DNA of 64,000 nt from Nemertoderma westbladi (GCA_032718475.1 JAUCBJ010006842.1:124001-188000); one strand, 5' to 3'; counted from the stretch's first letter, positions 26,896 to 39,040 are shown. A program made the numbers and translations. The notes: generated from the sequence alone by a model not told the origin.

Positions 26896-29523
26896 GTGAG
26901 CGCGGGAAAGTTTGTGATGGCGGAGAGGTTGGTAAAGAAGAGAAAGGCAGAGAAGACTGGCAAGGAGTTACTAGTGGACTTCACGCAGAGGCATCCGGAG
27001 GAGAAGACGAAAGGATACTACAAACTGCTACCGAAGGGTCACAGAGCGCATGCGCTTCAGGACCAGTTTAGGGAGATGCATGAGCGATGACTGGTTGGGA
27101 CCTACCTATTGTCGTTGGACTATGCGATCCTCGAGCATTTTCGCTACGTAGTAAAGGGAGACGAGGCGAAGTTCGGAATACCGAAATATCCGAGGGAACC
27201 ACCGATGAAGGAGTGGTGGAGGCTTGTAGATTCCGTGGAGAGGGGCGGGTACATAGTCCTAGATGACGAAGGGACTGTGGAGGATGATGAGGGCTCAAGA
27301 AGGGGGTCGGCGGGATCGGCTAGAACTATACTACTCTACTGCATTTGGCAGCGCCAAACGGAGATATCTTTCAATTCGACCTGGGGACCTACGAAAAGAA
27401 GAGCGGGCCGAAGTTGAACCGGTTGCCGAAGGTGGTGCAGGACCTAGTGAGGCAGAAAACTACAGTTAAGGTGGGCTCGGTGATCCGCGACGATGCGGAT
27501 AGGAACATTGGACCAGACACCTACAACCTGAGGACCTGCGGACATACAAGTAGTCTATATGGCTATGACGGGGCAGAGGGGTTGGGATTGGTGGAGAACA
27601 CAGGACATTGTGGAGCCGTGGCAATGGGCCAACTAATGGGACTCGTCTGCCACAAGCCGATGGACTGGGGCAAGTTCCGGGAGGAATACGGAGCGGAACT
27701 TGCGAACTCGCTGAAATGGGGAGCAAGGCCATGAAAGCAGGAGGTATATCAGTTCCGAAGGGGAGCAATAAAGATATATCAGAAGAGATATATCTTACAG
27801 GAGGATTGGCTAATGATAGGTTTATTAAAACTATTCATTACCGTGGTTATCGGAAGAGAGCCGACGGCGTTTCTACTATCAGGAGCACCTCTGAATCACA
27901 GGAGAGCCTTTAAGGTGGCCTTTGAAGGTCTTGCAGACCACCCGGGGCTGAAGGGCGAGTCGGTATACTATGATAGCCGACAACTAGTGGACAGAGAGGT
28001 AGACACACCATACAAGAGGTCGAAGAAGCTGGAAGCGGATAGAGTCGAGGAGAGGAGACGGGAGGAGGTCGCGAGGAGAGAAAGCAGGGAGACAGCGGAG
28101 ACGGAAGTGGACATAAGGGGAGAGTAACATGAGTTTGAAGCCCAGAACCTGGACGAACTGAGGTGGGGATCGGAGACCTCAGGCGAGTTTCTGGGGGACG
28201 AACTGGGATGGATGGAGGAATCACCGAAACAGTCGACATCGGGATTGCAAGCAATGCCCCTGCCAGGCGGCTCTGAGGGCAATGTTGGAAGGAAGAGACG
28301 GAAGGAGTTAGAAGGATGGAAAGTCATGAGTGGGTACCAAGGTGGAAAGGGACAAAGTGGATCTACCGGGCTACTGGGTTCTGGTTCACTTCCGGCGAGA
28401 GAAGAAGATAAGGACGAGTTCGCGGCGATGCCGCCGATAGAGAGAATTGCGGCCCCAGTGGGGGAAGGGGAGGAGGACGAGTTTGGCGCGATGCCGCCGA
28501 TAGCGAGGATCGGCCACTCGGATACAGACTAGGTGGGCGGGAGGGTGGTGACCGCCAGCGGGCGAGGGCCTTCTGGGACAAACCCGGCAAGCGGGCCTGG
28601 GAGCACGGGGTGCCGGCGATGGATTTCGTGGCGAGTACGACCAGGTTGGGCAAGCAACCGGGAATGGCACCACGGGTAGTGTTTGGGGAAACAATGCCAA
28701 GGGTGGAGGAGGACATCGACATGGGTAGGGAGCATAGCGTCCAGATATTTGCCTACTAGCGGCTCCATAGACCCAGGAGGCCACGCGGAGCCAAGGACGA
28801 CTTGGGGTGGGACACATTGGTACAGGGCTGCGATTACTGTGGGAGACTAACCCACCAACAAAAGAGCTGCCTGTATCGTTTCCAAAAGGGGACTGCTGCA
28901 AGTCGACCCATAGGATGGGTGTATGTCCGAGGCTGCACAACCGATGCTCAAATTGCAACTTCCGAGGGCACTTTGGGCGCAAGTGCGACTGGATGGACGA
29001 CGAGGAGAAGTTCCGGATCTTCGAGGAGTGAGCCGACGTATGAGTCATGACACGACAAAGGATGAAGGCCCAGGAGTTACGGTGGGGCTTCTTTAATATC
29101 AATGCGGAAGCCCACCAGGAGATTACCAAAAGGAGACTACCATTCACATATCAGGAGGTAGCGACAGCAGCATCGTATGGAGGAGTCATCAACACTCAGA
29201 GATACCTAGACAGATGGTCGCCAAAAAATAGAATCGAATTCAGGGACTTTCCGGCGGAGCACGTGCCGCGGGCGATGAAAATGATCCTGTGGGACGCTAC
29301 CAGAGGAAAACAGGTGGGACACTCAGAGGGACCACCTGCGAAGCGATCCTGGGAGTTGATAAGACCTGCGCCAAAAGAACCAACGACGGGGCTTAGTAAG
29401 ATGGTATCGGCAAGGATGAGGAGTCTCAAGGAGGATAAACAGGAGGGAAGGAAACGGCCCAGGCAAGATGACGATAGGGGCAAAGAACTCAGATGGTTTC
29501 CAAAGACGGGAGTAGCGAACTAG
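26896..29523 (+). pseudogene. Accessory ORF3 of the BEL/Pao element: DEDDy 3'-5' exonuclease-like domain plus CCHC zinc knuckles
   Basis: Joined from ORF pieces at 26896, 27109, 27345, 27813, 28212, 28802, 28807 and 29047. Motifs: YIVLDDEG; DIFQFDL...LPKVVQDLVRQKTTVKVGSVIRDDADR; YQKRYILQED; CDYCGRLTHQQKSC; CSNCNFRGHFGRKC. Confidence 0.72.
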
Positions 29524-30182
29524 AACTCAGGAACAGGGGTGTGGGTGTGCCTGGAAGGCACCACATGTAGGAAAGAGTACAGACTTCTAAGTGTAATTAA
29601 TCAAGTGCAATTAGTATGTATGTACGTAAAAATAATTAATTAATACAGAATATAATCAATGTAAGTACTATAGTCATATATAACCTTTTCCAACTAGCTA
29701 CTGGGATTGGGGACCAATTGACTACGACAGGAGGACGAGACATTAGACGGATCCCATTTCTCAAGTGCGGCCACACTAATGAGAATGTGGGAGCCTGACA
29801 GGAGGGCACGGAGACTGGGAATAAAATATATCAGTTGAGTATAGGGGAATGGGGGAAGTGTGGGAAGGAGGTGTTTGGGTGTGAGGAAGTACGAAATTCA
29901 AGCATGGGGAGCGAGCATGGAGGAGGATAAGTCCCAAAGGGACTGGTGAGAGAGGAGGGGACAAAGGTCCATGAGGAAATTTTGAGGAAAATTGTGTGAA
30001 GAGTGAGGACAATCATCTCAAACAGAGACACCAAATACCTTGGTGCAACATAGCTCGCGATTGCACAGTAGTAATAACAGACCCATGGGGGCCGGTCTGG
30101 AAAGCCGACCCCGAGAAGAAAACTCCACCCCACATCCAATATTAGATTGGATTCCAGCGGAATTGAAGCGCACTTAAGGTTG

Positions 30183-30219
30183 ATGCTATCTTCTCACGGG
30201 AAGATAGCATGGGGGGGAG
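30183..30219 (+). promoter_or_regulatory. Hairpin followed by polypurine tract
   Basis: ATGCTATCTTC (30183-30193) pairs perfectly with GAAGATAGCAT (30200-30210); GGGGGGGAG follows directly, then TGTAAG. Confidence 0.7.
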
Positions 30220-30680
30220 TGTAAGCGGATACAATTCCCTACATCACCCACCGAAAATGGGACTAGTGGCATTTTACCAATATAGTTGGCGATGCGAGAT
30301 TACCAATAATAATCTCGGCTCACAACCAACTGTTGCTGTTACTATACTGTTATATGATTAACTCATAATTATCAGTCTGACTGTGCTATTATCGCTGTGA
30401 TTATTAATACTGAGAAACGAACTGTATTGTTTTCCCATCGGCCTTCGGCCAAAGATATTATCCCGTTAGCCAAGCAGCCCAGCAACAAAGTGACGCGTAC
30501 AATCTATTCCGGTCGGAATCTCACTTCCAACTCCAGGATCCCGTCACACTGCTTTACTAAAGCAGTGATTTTTTATGTCCTTTTATTTGACATTTTTGTC
30601 CTCCTTCTTTTTCGAATTGTGCATAATGACTTTTGTTGTCCTTTAATGACTTTTTATGTACGTGTTTCTTCAAACTGTCA
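30220..30680 (+). mobile_element. Putative 3' LTR (right end not defined)
   Basis: Starts with TGT straight after the PPT and base composition changes here. No second copy in the window to confirm it. Confidence 0.55.
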
Positions 30681-30685
30681 GACTG

Positions 30686-30915
30686 CTGATTTCTGGACTA
30701 TCAGACAGTTGATTTCAACATGCCTATGCCTAAACATTTAAAATTTGTTGATTTCTGGTCTGTCTGACAGTTGGTTTCACTATGCCTGTGCCAAAACATT
30801 CACAATTACATGATTTATAGACTATCGGATAGATTTCCATATGCGCCTGTGGTAAAAGACTCTAAATTTAATAGTTTGTGGTTGTTGTCGATAATTGATT
30901 ACCACATGACGTAGC
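30686..30915. repeat. Degenerate 62-bp tandem repeat (3-4 copies)
   Basis: GATTTCTGG / GATTTATAG units start near 30688, 30750 and 30812. Confidence 0.7.
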
Positions 30916-30925
30916 AAAACACTCA

Positions 30926-31460
30926 TTTTATAGCCAAAAACAATTACCAATTGATGGAAAGGAGCAGGTTAGAGAGGCAGGATTTTCTAACCAAAACAAT
31001 AAACAGTCACTTTACCAAATGAAGGAAAAGGAGCACGTTACAGAGGCTGGCCTTTCTAACCAAAACAATAAACGGTCACTTTACCTAATCAGGGAAAGGA
31101 GCGTTACAGAGGAGGGATTTTCTAACCAAAACAATAAACAATCACTTTACCAAATAAAGGAAAGGAGCAGGTTACATAGATGGTCTTTTCTAACCAAAAC
31201 AATAAACAATAACATTACCAATTGAGGGAAAGGAGCAGGTTTAAAGAGGCGGGCTTTTCTAACCAAACCAATAAACGATCACTTTACCAAATCAGGTAAA
31301 GGAGCAGGTTGTAGAGGCGGGATTTTCTAACCAAAACAATAAACGATCACTTAGCTAATTGAGGGAAAGGAGCAGGTTACAGAGGCGGGATTTTCTAACC
31401 AAAACAATAAACGATCATTTAACTAATTAAGGGAAAGGGGCGGGTTACAGAGGCGGGATA
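30926..31460. repeat. 68-bp tandem repeat, right block (~8 copies)
   Basis: Same unit and orientation as 17788-18249. Confidence 0.95.
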
Positions 31461-32677
31461 TGGACGAGTTTCGTTTAATTCTAGTCGAGATTTATCGAAT
31501 TTCAGTTTCGGCCAATCAGAGCGTCCCATTCGTAGTGCACTCGCCCCATGGGTCTGAAAATTTGCGAGTTACCTTACATTTGGCCTATGTATCTATGATC
31601 AAATAATCAGAAAAATCGTTAGAGGTTTGGCTGGACAATTTTTAGATGGATAATGTTCACAATAGATGCGTTTTAGTATTACGATTATTTTCAACCAAGA
31701 TTAAGGAACGTCTATATCGAGTGTATATTGGAGTCTATTGCGGCTGGGGTCATGAACTAAGTTTAGACTGTTTAGGATCGTTCTATATATTTAATCAATT
31801 TATAAATCGAAACAAAATGAAATCCACTCATAACTATTGTTATGGTAACCGCCCATATGAGCAACAACAATGCGCCTGGCAAGGCGGAACAGATGGCCTC
31901 GTTTAGTGCATGTCCCTCAGTAATAGCAGCAAAATATTAAAATCTATAATCGATATAGACCTATTATTGCATTGCTACCAGTAGGCGTAGAAGCAGCTCC
32001 TCATGCTGCATGTATATTTAGTTAGGCTTACTATGAAGAACGGGGGTGCTATTACTGATCTGATCAATTTGAAATCCAGCTATTATTAATCCTGATGCCA
32101 TGGCGGCCGTGTCAAAATGTTCCGCTAAGTGGACAATTTTGTATAAACAACACGCAAGCATCGAAGTGCTCAAGAGTATGGTGACACCTCATCCCATCCC
32201 AGACCTATCCAGTAATCCCCGGCGATTACTGCTCACTGATATTGCAACGAGGATCAAACTGTCGATTGCGGCCAGCAAATCTCTTATACCGGTTGATTTG
32301 ATATAGTATAATAATTATTCGATTGATTATTACTTTTCAACTAAAGATCTGCAAACAAACCATGCCATGTTGTGTGAGCACCGAACTACATCATGTCACG
32401 GAATATAGTTTAAACGATGGAATGTAAAGACACGCTGACTTAACAGGATTCTGGCACGTCATGATTAGCTAGTTAAAGTTCACCTCCAGGGACTCCGCTT
32501 TGTGTACTAATTTATTTATTTATTTCCTCGATAAGCAACAATAATAATAATTTTGATATACATACAGATTCACAACAATAATATAATATAAAGCAATTAT
32601 AGAATATATAAATAAAACTGAACTTAATTAAATAATAATTGAATCTGCTGGGCATGGTGGGGGTAGACTTCCACTAT

Positions 32678-32948
32678 GGATCTAGGACACTTCTTCCCCC
32701 GGACAGTTCCCCCCCCCCCCCCCCCCCCGCCCAAGTAGGACACTTCCCCCCAAAAGGAAAATTTGATACTACTTGTCTGGATACGAGCGGTCCGTTTACC
32801 TTACAAAATGAAAAATAAGAATGACAGTCGGGGAGGGAAGTGTCTGGGGTGGAAGTGTCCAGGGGGAAGTGTCCTACTTGAACGGGGGGGAACTGTCCGG
32901 GGGGGAAGTGTCCGGAGGGGAGTGTCCGGGGGGAAGTGTCCGCACACC
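32678..32948. mobile_element. Mutator-like MITE with 9-bp TSD
   Basis: TTCCACTAT is duplicated at 32669-32677 and 32949-32957. Ends are GG...CC, with inverted GGACACTTCCCC / GGGGAAGTGTCC subrepeats. Confidence 0.8.
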
Positions 32949-33656
32949 TTCCACTATAGCTACATGCTAGTGCAGCTTCAGTCTACCACCAATAATTGGA
33001 GGAAACGAGTCTAAAAAGTAAAGATAAAATAATTTTTGTTTCGACCATTGATATTTTGACCAATAATACCGAGGAGCTGAAAATAACTTAACTTTGTAAT
33101 TTGTGTTTTGCGTGGATTATTTTATTTGTAAATACTATTAATATTGTAGATACCAAATACGTGAATTAATATGGCAGTAAGTTTATTATTGAATGTAAAA
33201 AGATCTGTAGAAAATACAAAATAGAGTATAGTTGCTGACATGATAGAAAATAAATTTGAATTCCGATAAAGGAAGAAGAACTTGAGCATATTGTGAAATG
33301 AAATCGGATATTATGACATTACATTGGTACACATAAAGTAGGCTACGTTATGAATCAGTCCAAATTAATCAGGGTGTAGTAAATTTTCTTAATTTTCTTT
33401 TAAATGTATTCAAGCTAGGGCTACAGCGAATTAATATATAATATGATATATATAATATATCTAATACTAATGAAAAATATCAATGAAAAAAAGATAAATT
33501 CCAAGCACTTGGGGGCACTTGGCTCTATATCAAGGTGACTTTCTCAGTTACTTCGTTCTAAATTTTTTACATGATTTATTATAAAATACATTAGTTACCG
33601 GTATGTATATACATTGCCAGTATGAGGTATGAAATATTGCATCAAACAGAACAATA

Positions 33657-36600
33657 CTTACTGTGTGAGTCAGGATTCCATCCTCCTTACTATGTGAGTC
33701 AGGATTCCATCATCCTTACTGTGTGAGTCAGGATTCCATCCTCCTTACTGTGTGACTCAGGATTCCATCCTCCTTACTGTGTGACTCAGGATTCCACCTT
33801 CCTTACTGTGTGAGTCAGGAATCCATCCTCCTTACTGTGTGACTCAGGTTTCCATCCTCCTTACTGTGTGACTCAGGATTCCATCATCCTTACTGTGTGA
33901 GTCAGGATTCCATCCTCCTTACTGTTCGACTCAGGATTCCATCCTCCTTACTGTGTGACTCAGGATTCCACCTTCCTTACTGTGTGAGTCAGGAATCCAT
34001 CCTCCTTACTGTGTGACTCAGGTTTCCATCCTCCTTACTGTGTGACTCAGGATTCCATCTTCCTTACTGTGTGAGTCAGGATTCCATCCTCCTTACTGTG
34101 TGAGTCAGGATTCCATCCTCCTCACTGTGTGACTCAGGATTTCATCTTCCTTACTGTGTGAGTCAGGATTCCATCCTCCTTACTGTGTGAGTCAGGATTC
34201 CATCCTCCGTACTGTGTGACTCAGGATTCCATCTTCCTTACTGTGTGAGTCAGAATTCGATCCTCCTTACTGTGTGACTCAGGATTACATCCTCCTTCCT
34301 GTCTGACTCAGGATTCCATCCTCCTTACTGTGTGAGTCAGGATTCCATCCTCCTTACTGTGTGAGTCAGGATTCCATCCTCCTTACTGTGTGACTCAGGA
34401 TTCCATCCTCCTTACTGTGTGACTCAGGATTCCATCTTCCTTACTGTGTGAGTCAGGATTCCATCCTCCTTACTGTGTGACCCAGGATTCCATCTTCCTT
34501 ACTGTGTGAGTCAGGATTCCATCCTCCTTACTGTGTGACTCAGGATTCCATCTTCCTTACTGTGTGAGTCAGGATTCCATCCTCCTTACTGTGTGACTCA
34601 GGATTCCATCCTCCTTACTGTGTGACTCAGGATTCCATACTCCTTACTGTGTGACTCAGGATTCCATCCTCCTTACTGTGTGAGTCAGGATTCCATCCTC
34701 CTTACTGTGTGACTCAGGATTCCATCCTCCTTACTGTGTGACTCAGGATTCCATCTTCCTTACAGTGTGAGTCAGGATTCCATCCTCCTTACTGTGTGAC
34801 TCAGGATTCCATCCTCCTTACTGTGTGAGTCAGGATTCCATCCTCCGTACTGTGTGACTCAGGATTCCATCTTCCTTACTGTGTGAGTCAGGATTCGATC
34901 CTCCTTACTGTGTGACTCAGGATTACATCCTCCTTCCTGTCTGAGTCAGGATTCCATCCTCCTTACTGTGTGACTCAGGATTCCATCCTCCTTACTGTGA
35001 GAGTCAGGATTCTATCCTCCTTACTGTGAGAGTCAGGATTTAAACCTCCATCCTCCTTACTGTGTGACTCAGGATTCCATCTTCCTTACTGTGTGACTCA
35101 GGATTCCATCCTCCTTACTGTGTGACCCAGGATTCCATCCTTCTTACTGTGTGACTTAGGATTCCATCCTCCTTACTGTGTGACTCAGGATTCCATCTAC
35201 TTTCTGTGTGACTCAGGATTCCATCCTCCTTACTGTGTGACTCAGGATTCCATCTTCCTTACTGTGTGACTCAGGATTCCATCCTCCTTACTGTGACCCA
35301 GGATTCCATTCTTTTTACTGTGTGACTCAGGATTCCATCCTCCTTACTGTGTGACTCAGGATTCCATCTACTTTCTTTGTGACTCAGGATTCCATCTTCC
35401 TTACTGTGTGAGTCAGGATTCCATCCTCCTTACTGTGTGACTCAGGATTCCATCCTCCTTACTGTATGACTCAGGATTCCATCCTCCTTACTGTGTGACT
35501 TAGGATTCCATCTACTTTCTGAGTGACTCAGGATTCCATCATCCTTACTGTGTGACTCAGGATTCCCTCTTCCTTACTGTGTGAGTCAGGATTCCATCCT
35601 CCTTATTGTGTGACTCAGGATACCATCCTCCTTACTGTGTGACTCAGGAATCCATCCTCCTTACTGTGTGAGTCAGGATTTAAACCTCCATCATCCTTAC
35701 TGTGTGACTCAGGATTCCATCCTCCTTACTGTGTGAGTCAGGATTCCATCCTCCTTATTGTGTGACTCAGGATACCATCCTCCTTACTGTGTGACTCAGG
35801 AATCCATCCTCCTTACTGTGTGAGTCAGGATTTAAACCTCCATCATCCTTACTGTGTGACTCAGGATTCCATCTTCCTTACTGTGTGAGTCAGGATTCCA
35901 TCTTCCTTACTGTGTGACTCAGGATTCCATCATCCTTACTGTGTGAGTCAGGATTCCATCCTCCTTACTGTTCGACTCAGGATTCCATCCTCCTTACTGT
36001 GTGACTCAGGATTCCACCTTCCTTACTGTGTGAGTCAGGAATCCATCTTCCTTACTGTGTGAGTCAGGATTCCATCCTCCTTACTGTGTGACTCAGGATT
36101 CCACCTTCCTTACTGTGTGAGTCAGGAATCCATCCTCCTTACTGTGTGACTCAGGTTTCCATCCTCCTTACTGTGTGACTCAGGATTCCATCATCCTTAC
36201 TGTGTGAGTCAGGATTCCATCCTCCTTACTGTTCGACTCAGGATTCCATCCTCCTTACTGTGTGACTCAGGATTCCACCTTCCTTACTGTGTGAGTCAGG
36301 AATCCATCCTCCTTACTGTGTGACTCAGGTTTCCATCCTCCTTACTGTGTGACTCAGGATTCCATCTTCCTTACTGTGTGAGTCAGGATTCTATCCTCCT
36401 TACTGTGTGAGTCAGGATTCCATCCTCCTCACTGTGTGACTCAGGATTTCATCTTCCTTACTGTGTGAGTCAGAATTCCATCCTCCTTACTGTGTGAGTC
36501 AGGATTCCATCCTCCGTACTGTGTGACTCAGGATTCCATCTTCCTTACTGTGTGAGTCAGAATTCGATCCTCCTTACTGTGTGACTCAGGATTACATCCT

Positions 36601-39040
36601 CCTTCCTGTCTGACTCAGGATTCCATCCTCCTTACTGTGTGAGTCAGGATTCCATCCTCCTTACTGTGTGAGTCAGGATTCCATCCTCCTTACTGTGTGA
36701 CTCAGGATTCCATCCTCCTTACTGTGTGACTCAGGATTCCATCTTCCTTACTGTGTGAGTCAGGATTCCATCCTCCTTACTGTGTGACCCAGGATTCCAT
36801 CTTCCTTACTGTGTGAGTCAGGATTCCATCCTCCTTACTGTGTGACTCAGGATTCCATCTTCCTTACTGTGTGACTCAGGATTCCATCTTCCTTACTGTG
36901 TGAGTCAGGATTCCATCCTCCTTACTGTGTGACCCAGGATTCCATCTTCCTTACTGTGTGAGTCAGGATTCCATCCTCCTTACTGTGTGACTCAGGATTC
37001 CATCTTCCTTACTGTGTGAGTCAGGATTCCATCCTCCTTACTGTGTGACTCAGGATTCCATCTACTTACTGCGTGACTCAGGATTCCATCCTCCTTACTA
37101 TGTGAGTCAGGATTCCATCCTCCTTACTGTGTGACTCAGGATTCCATCCTCCTTACTGTGTGACTCAGGATTCCATACTCCTTACTGTGTGACTCAGGAT
37201 TCCATCCTCCTTACTGTGTGAGTCAGGATTCCATCCTCCTTACTGTGTGACTCAGGATTCCATCCTCCTTACTGTGTGACTCAGGATTCCATCTTCCTTA
37301 CAGTGTGAGTCAGGATTCCATCCTCCTTACTGTGTGACTCAGGATTCCATCCTCCTTACTGTGTGAGTCAGGATTCCATCCTCCGTACTGTGTGACTCAG
37401 GATTCCATCTTCCTTACTGTGTGAGTCAGGATTCGATCCTCCTTACTGTGTGACTCAGGATTACATCCTCCTTCCTGTCTGAGTCAGGATTCCATCCTCC
37501 TTACTGTGTGACTCAGGATTCCATCCTCCTTACTGTGAGAGTCAGGATTCTATCCTCCTTACTGTGAGAGTCAGGATTTAAACCTCCATCCTCCTTACTG
37601 TGTGACTCAGGATTCCATCTTCCTTACTGTGTGACTCAGGATTCCATCCTCCTTACTGTGTGACCCAGGATTCCATCCTTCTTACTGTGTGACTTAGGAT
37701 TCCATCCTCCTTACTGTGTGACTCAGGATTCCATCTACTTTCTGTGTGACTCAGGATTCCATCCTCCTTACTGTGTGACTCAGGATTCCATCTACTTTCT
37801 GTGTGACTCAGGATTCCATCCTCCTTACTGTGACCCAGGATTCCATTCTTTTTACTGTGTGACTCAGGATTCCATCCTCCTTACTGTGTGACTCAGGATT
37901 CCATCTACTTTCTTTGTGACTCAGGATTCCATCTTCCTTACTGTGTGAGTCAGGATTCCATCCTCCTTACTGTGTGACTCAGGATTCCATCCTCCTTACT
38001 GTATGACTCAGGATTCCATCCTCCTTACTGTGTGACTTAGGATTCCATCTACTTTCTGAGTGACTCAGGATTCCATCATCCTTACTGTGTGACTCAGGAT
38101 TCCCTCTTCCTTACTGTGTGACTCAGGATTCCATCCTCCTTACTGTGTGAGTCAGGATTCCATCCTCCTTATTGTGTGACTCAGGATACCATCCTCCTTA
38201 CTGTGTGACTCAGGAATCCATCCTCCTTACTGTGTGAGTCAGGATTTAAACCTCCATCATCCTTACTGTGTGACTCAGGATTCCATCTTCCTTACTGTGT
38301 GAGTCAGGATTCCATCTTCCTTACTGTGTGACTCAGGATTCCATCATCCTTACTGTGTGAGTCAGGATTCCATCCTCCTTACTGTTCGACTCAGGATTCC
38401 ATCCTCCTTACTGTGTGACTCAGGATTCCACCTTCCTTACTGTGTGAGTCAGGAATCCATCTTCCTTACTGTGTGAGTCAGGATTCCATCCTCCTTACTG
38501 TGTGACTCAGGATTCCACCTTCCTTACTGTGTGAGTCAGGAATCCATCCTCCTTACTGTGTGACTCAGGTTTCCATCCTCCTTACTGTGTGACTCAGGAT
38601 TCCATCATCCTTACTGTGTGAGTCAGGATTCCATCCTCCTTACTGTTCGACTCAGGATTCCATCCTCCTTACTGTGTGACTCAGGATTCCACCTTCCTTA
38701 CTGTGTGAGTCAGGAATCCATCCTCCTTACTGTGTGACTCAGGTTTCCATCCTCCTTACTGTGTGACTCAGGATTCCATCTTCCTTACTGTGTGAGTCAG
38801 GATTCTATCCTCCTTACTGTGTGAGTCAGGATTCCATCCTCCTCACTGTGTGACTCAGGATTTCATCTTCCTTACTGTGTGAGTCAGAATTCCATCCTCC
38901 TTACTGTGTGAGTCAGGATTCCATCCTCCGTACTGTGTGACTCAGGATTCCATCTTCCTTACTGTGTGAGTCAGAATTCGATCCTCCTTACTGTGTGACT
39001 CAGGATACCATCCTCCTAACTGTGTGAGTCAGGATTTAAA
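33657..39040. repeat. 29-bp satellite, roughly 185 monomers
   Basis: Consensus ACTGTGTGA(C/G)TCAGGATTCCATCCTCCTT. Copy number is estimated as length divided by 29. Confidence 0.99.

Larger units (their letters stand above)
18250..30900 (+). mobile_element. BEL/Pao LTR retrotransposon, decayed, 5' LTR not seen, with an extra ORF
   Basis: Gag-PR-RT-RNaseH-IN order with BEL/Pao motifs, purine-rich strand bias and higher GC than the flanks. PPT plus TG at 30211-30221. The right boundary is uncertain. Confidence 0.92.

Noticed and set aside
26896-29523. env gene at the ORF3 position
   Set aside because: No signal peptide, transmembrane anchor or fusion-protein pattern; the protein is hydrophilic with nuclease and knuckle motifs.
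30437-30460. Resemblance to the U2 snRNA 5' stem (TCGGCCTTCGGCCAAAGAT)
   Set aside because: The match is short, with no branch-point pairing region or Sm site; it is only a small GGCC-TTC-GGCC hairpin.
33657-39040. CRISPR-like array (29-bp repeats)
   Set aside because: Monomers are head-to-tail with no unique spacers, there are no cas genes, and the context is eukaryotic.
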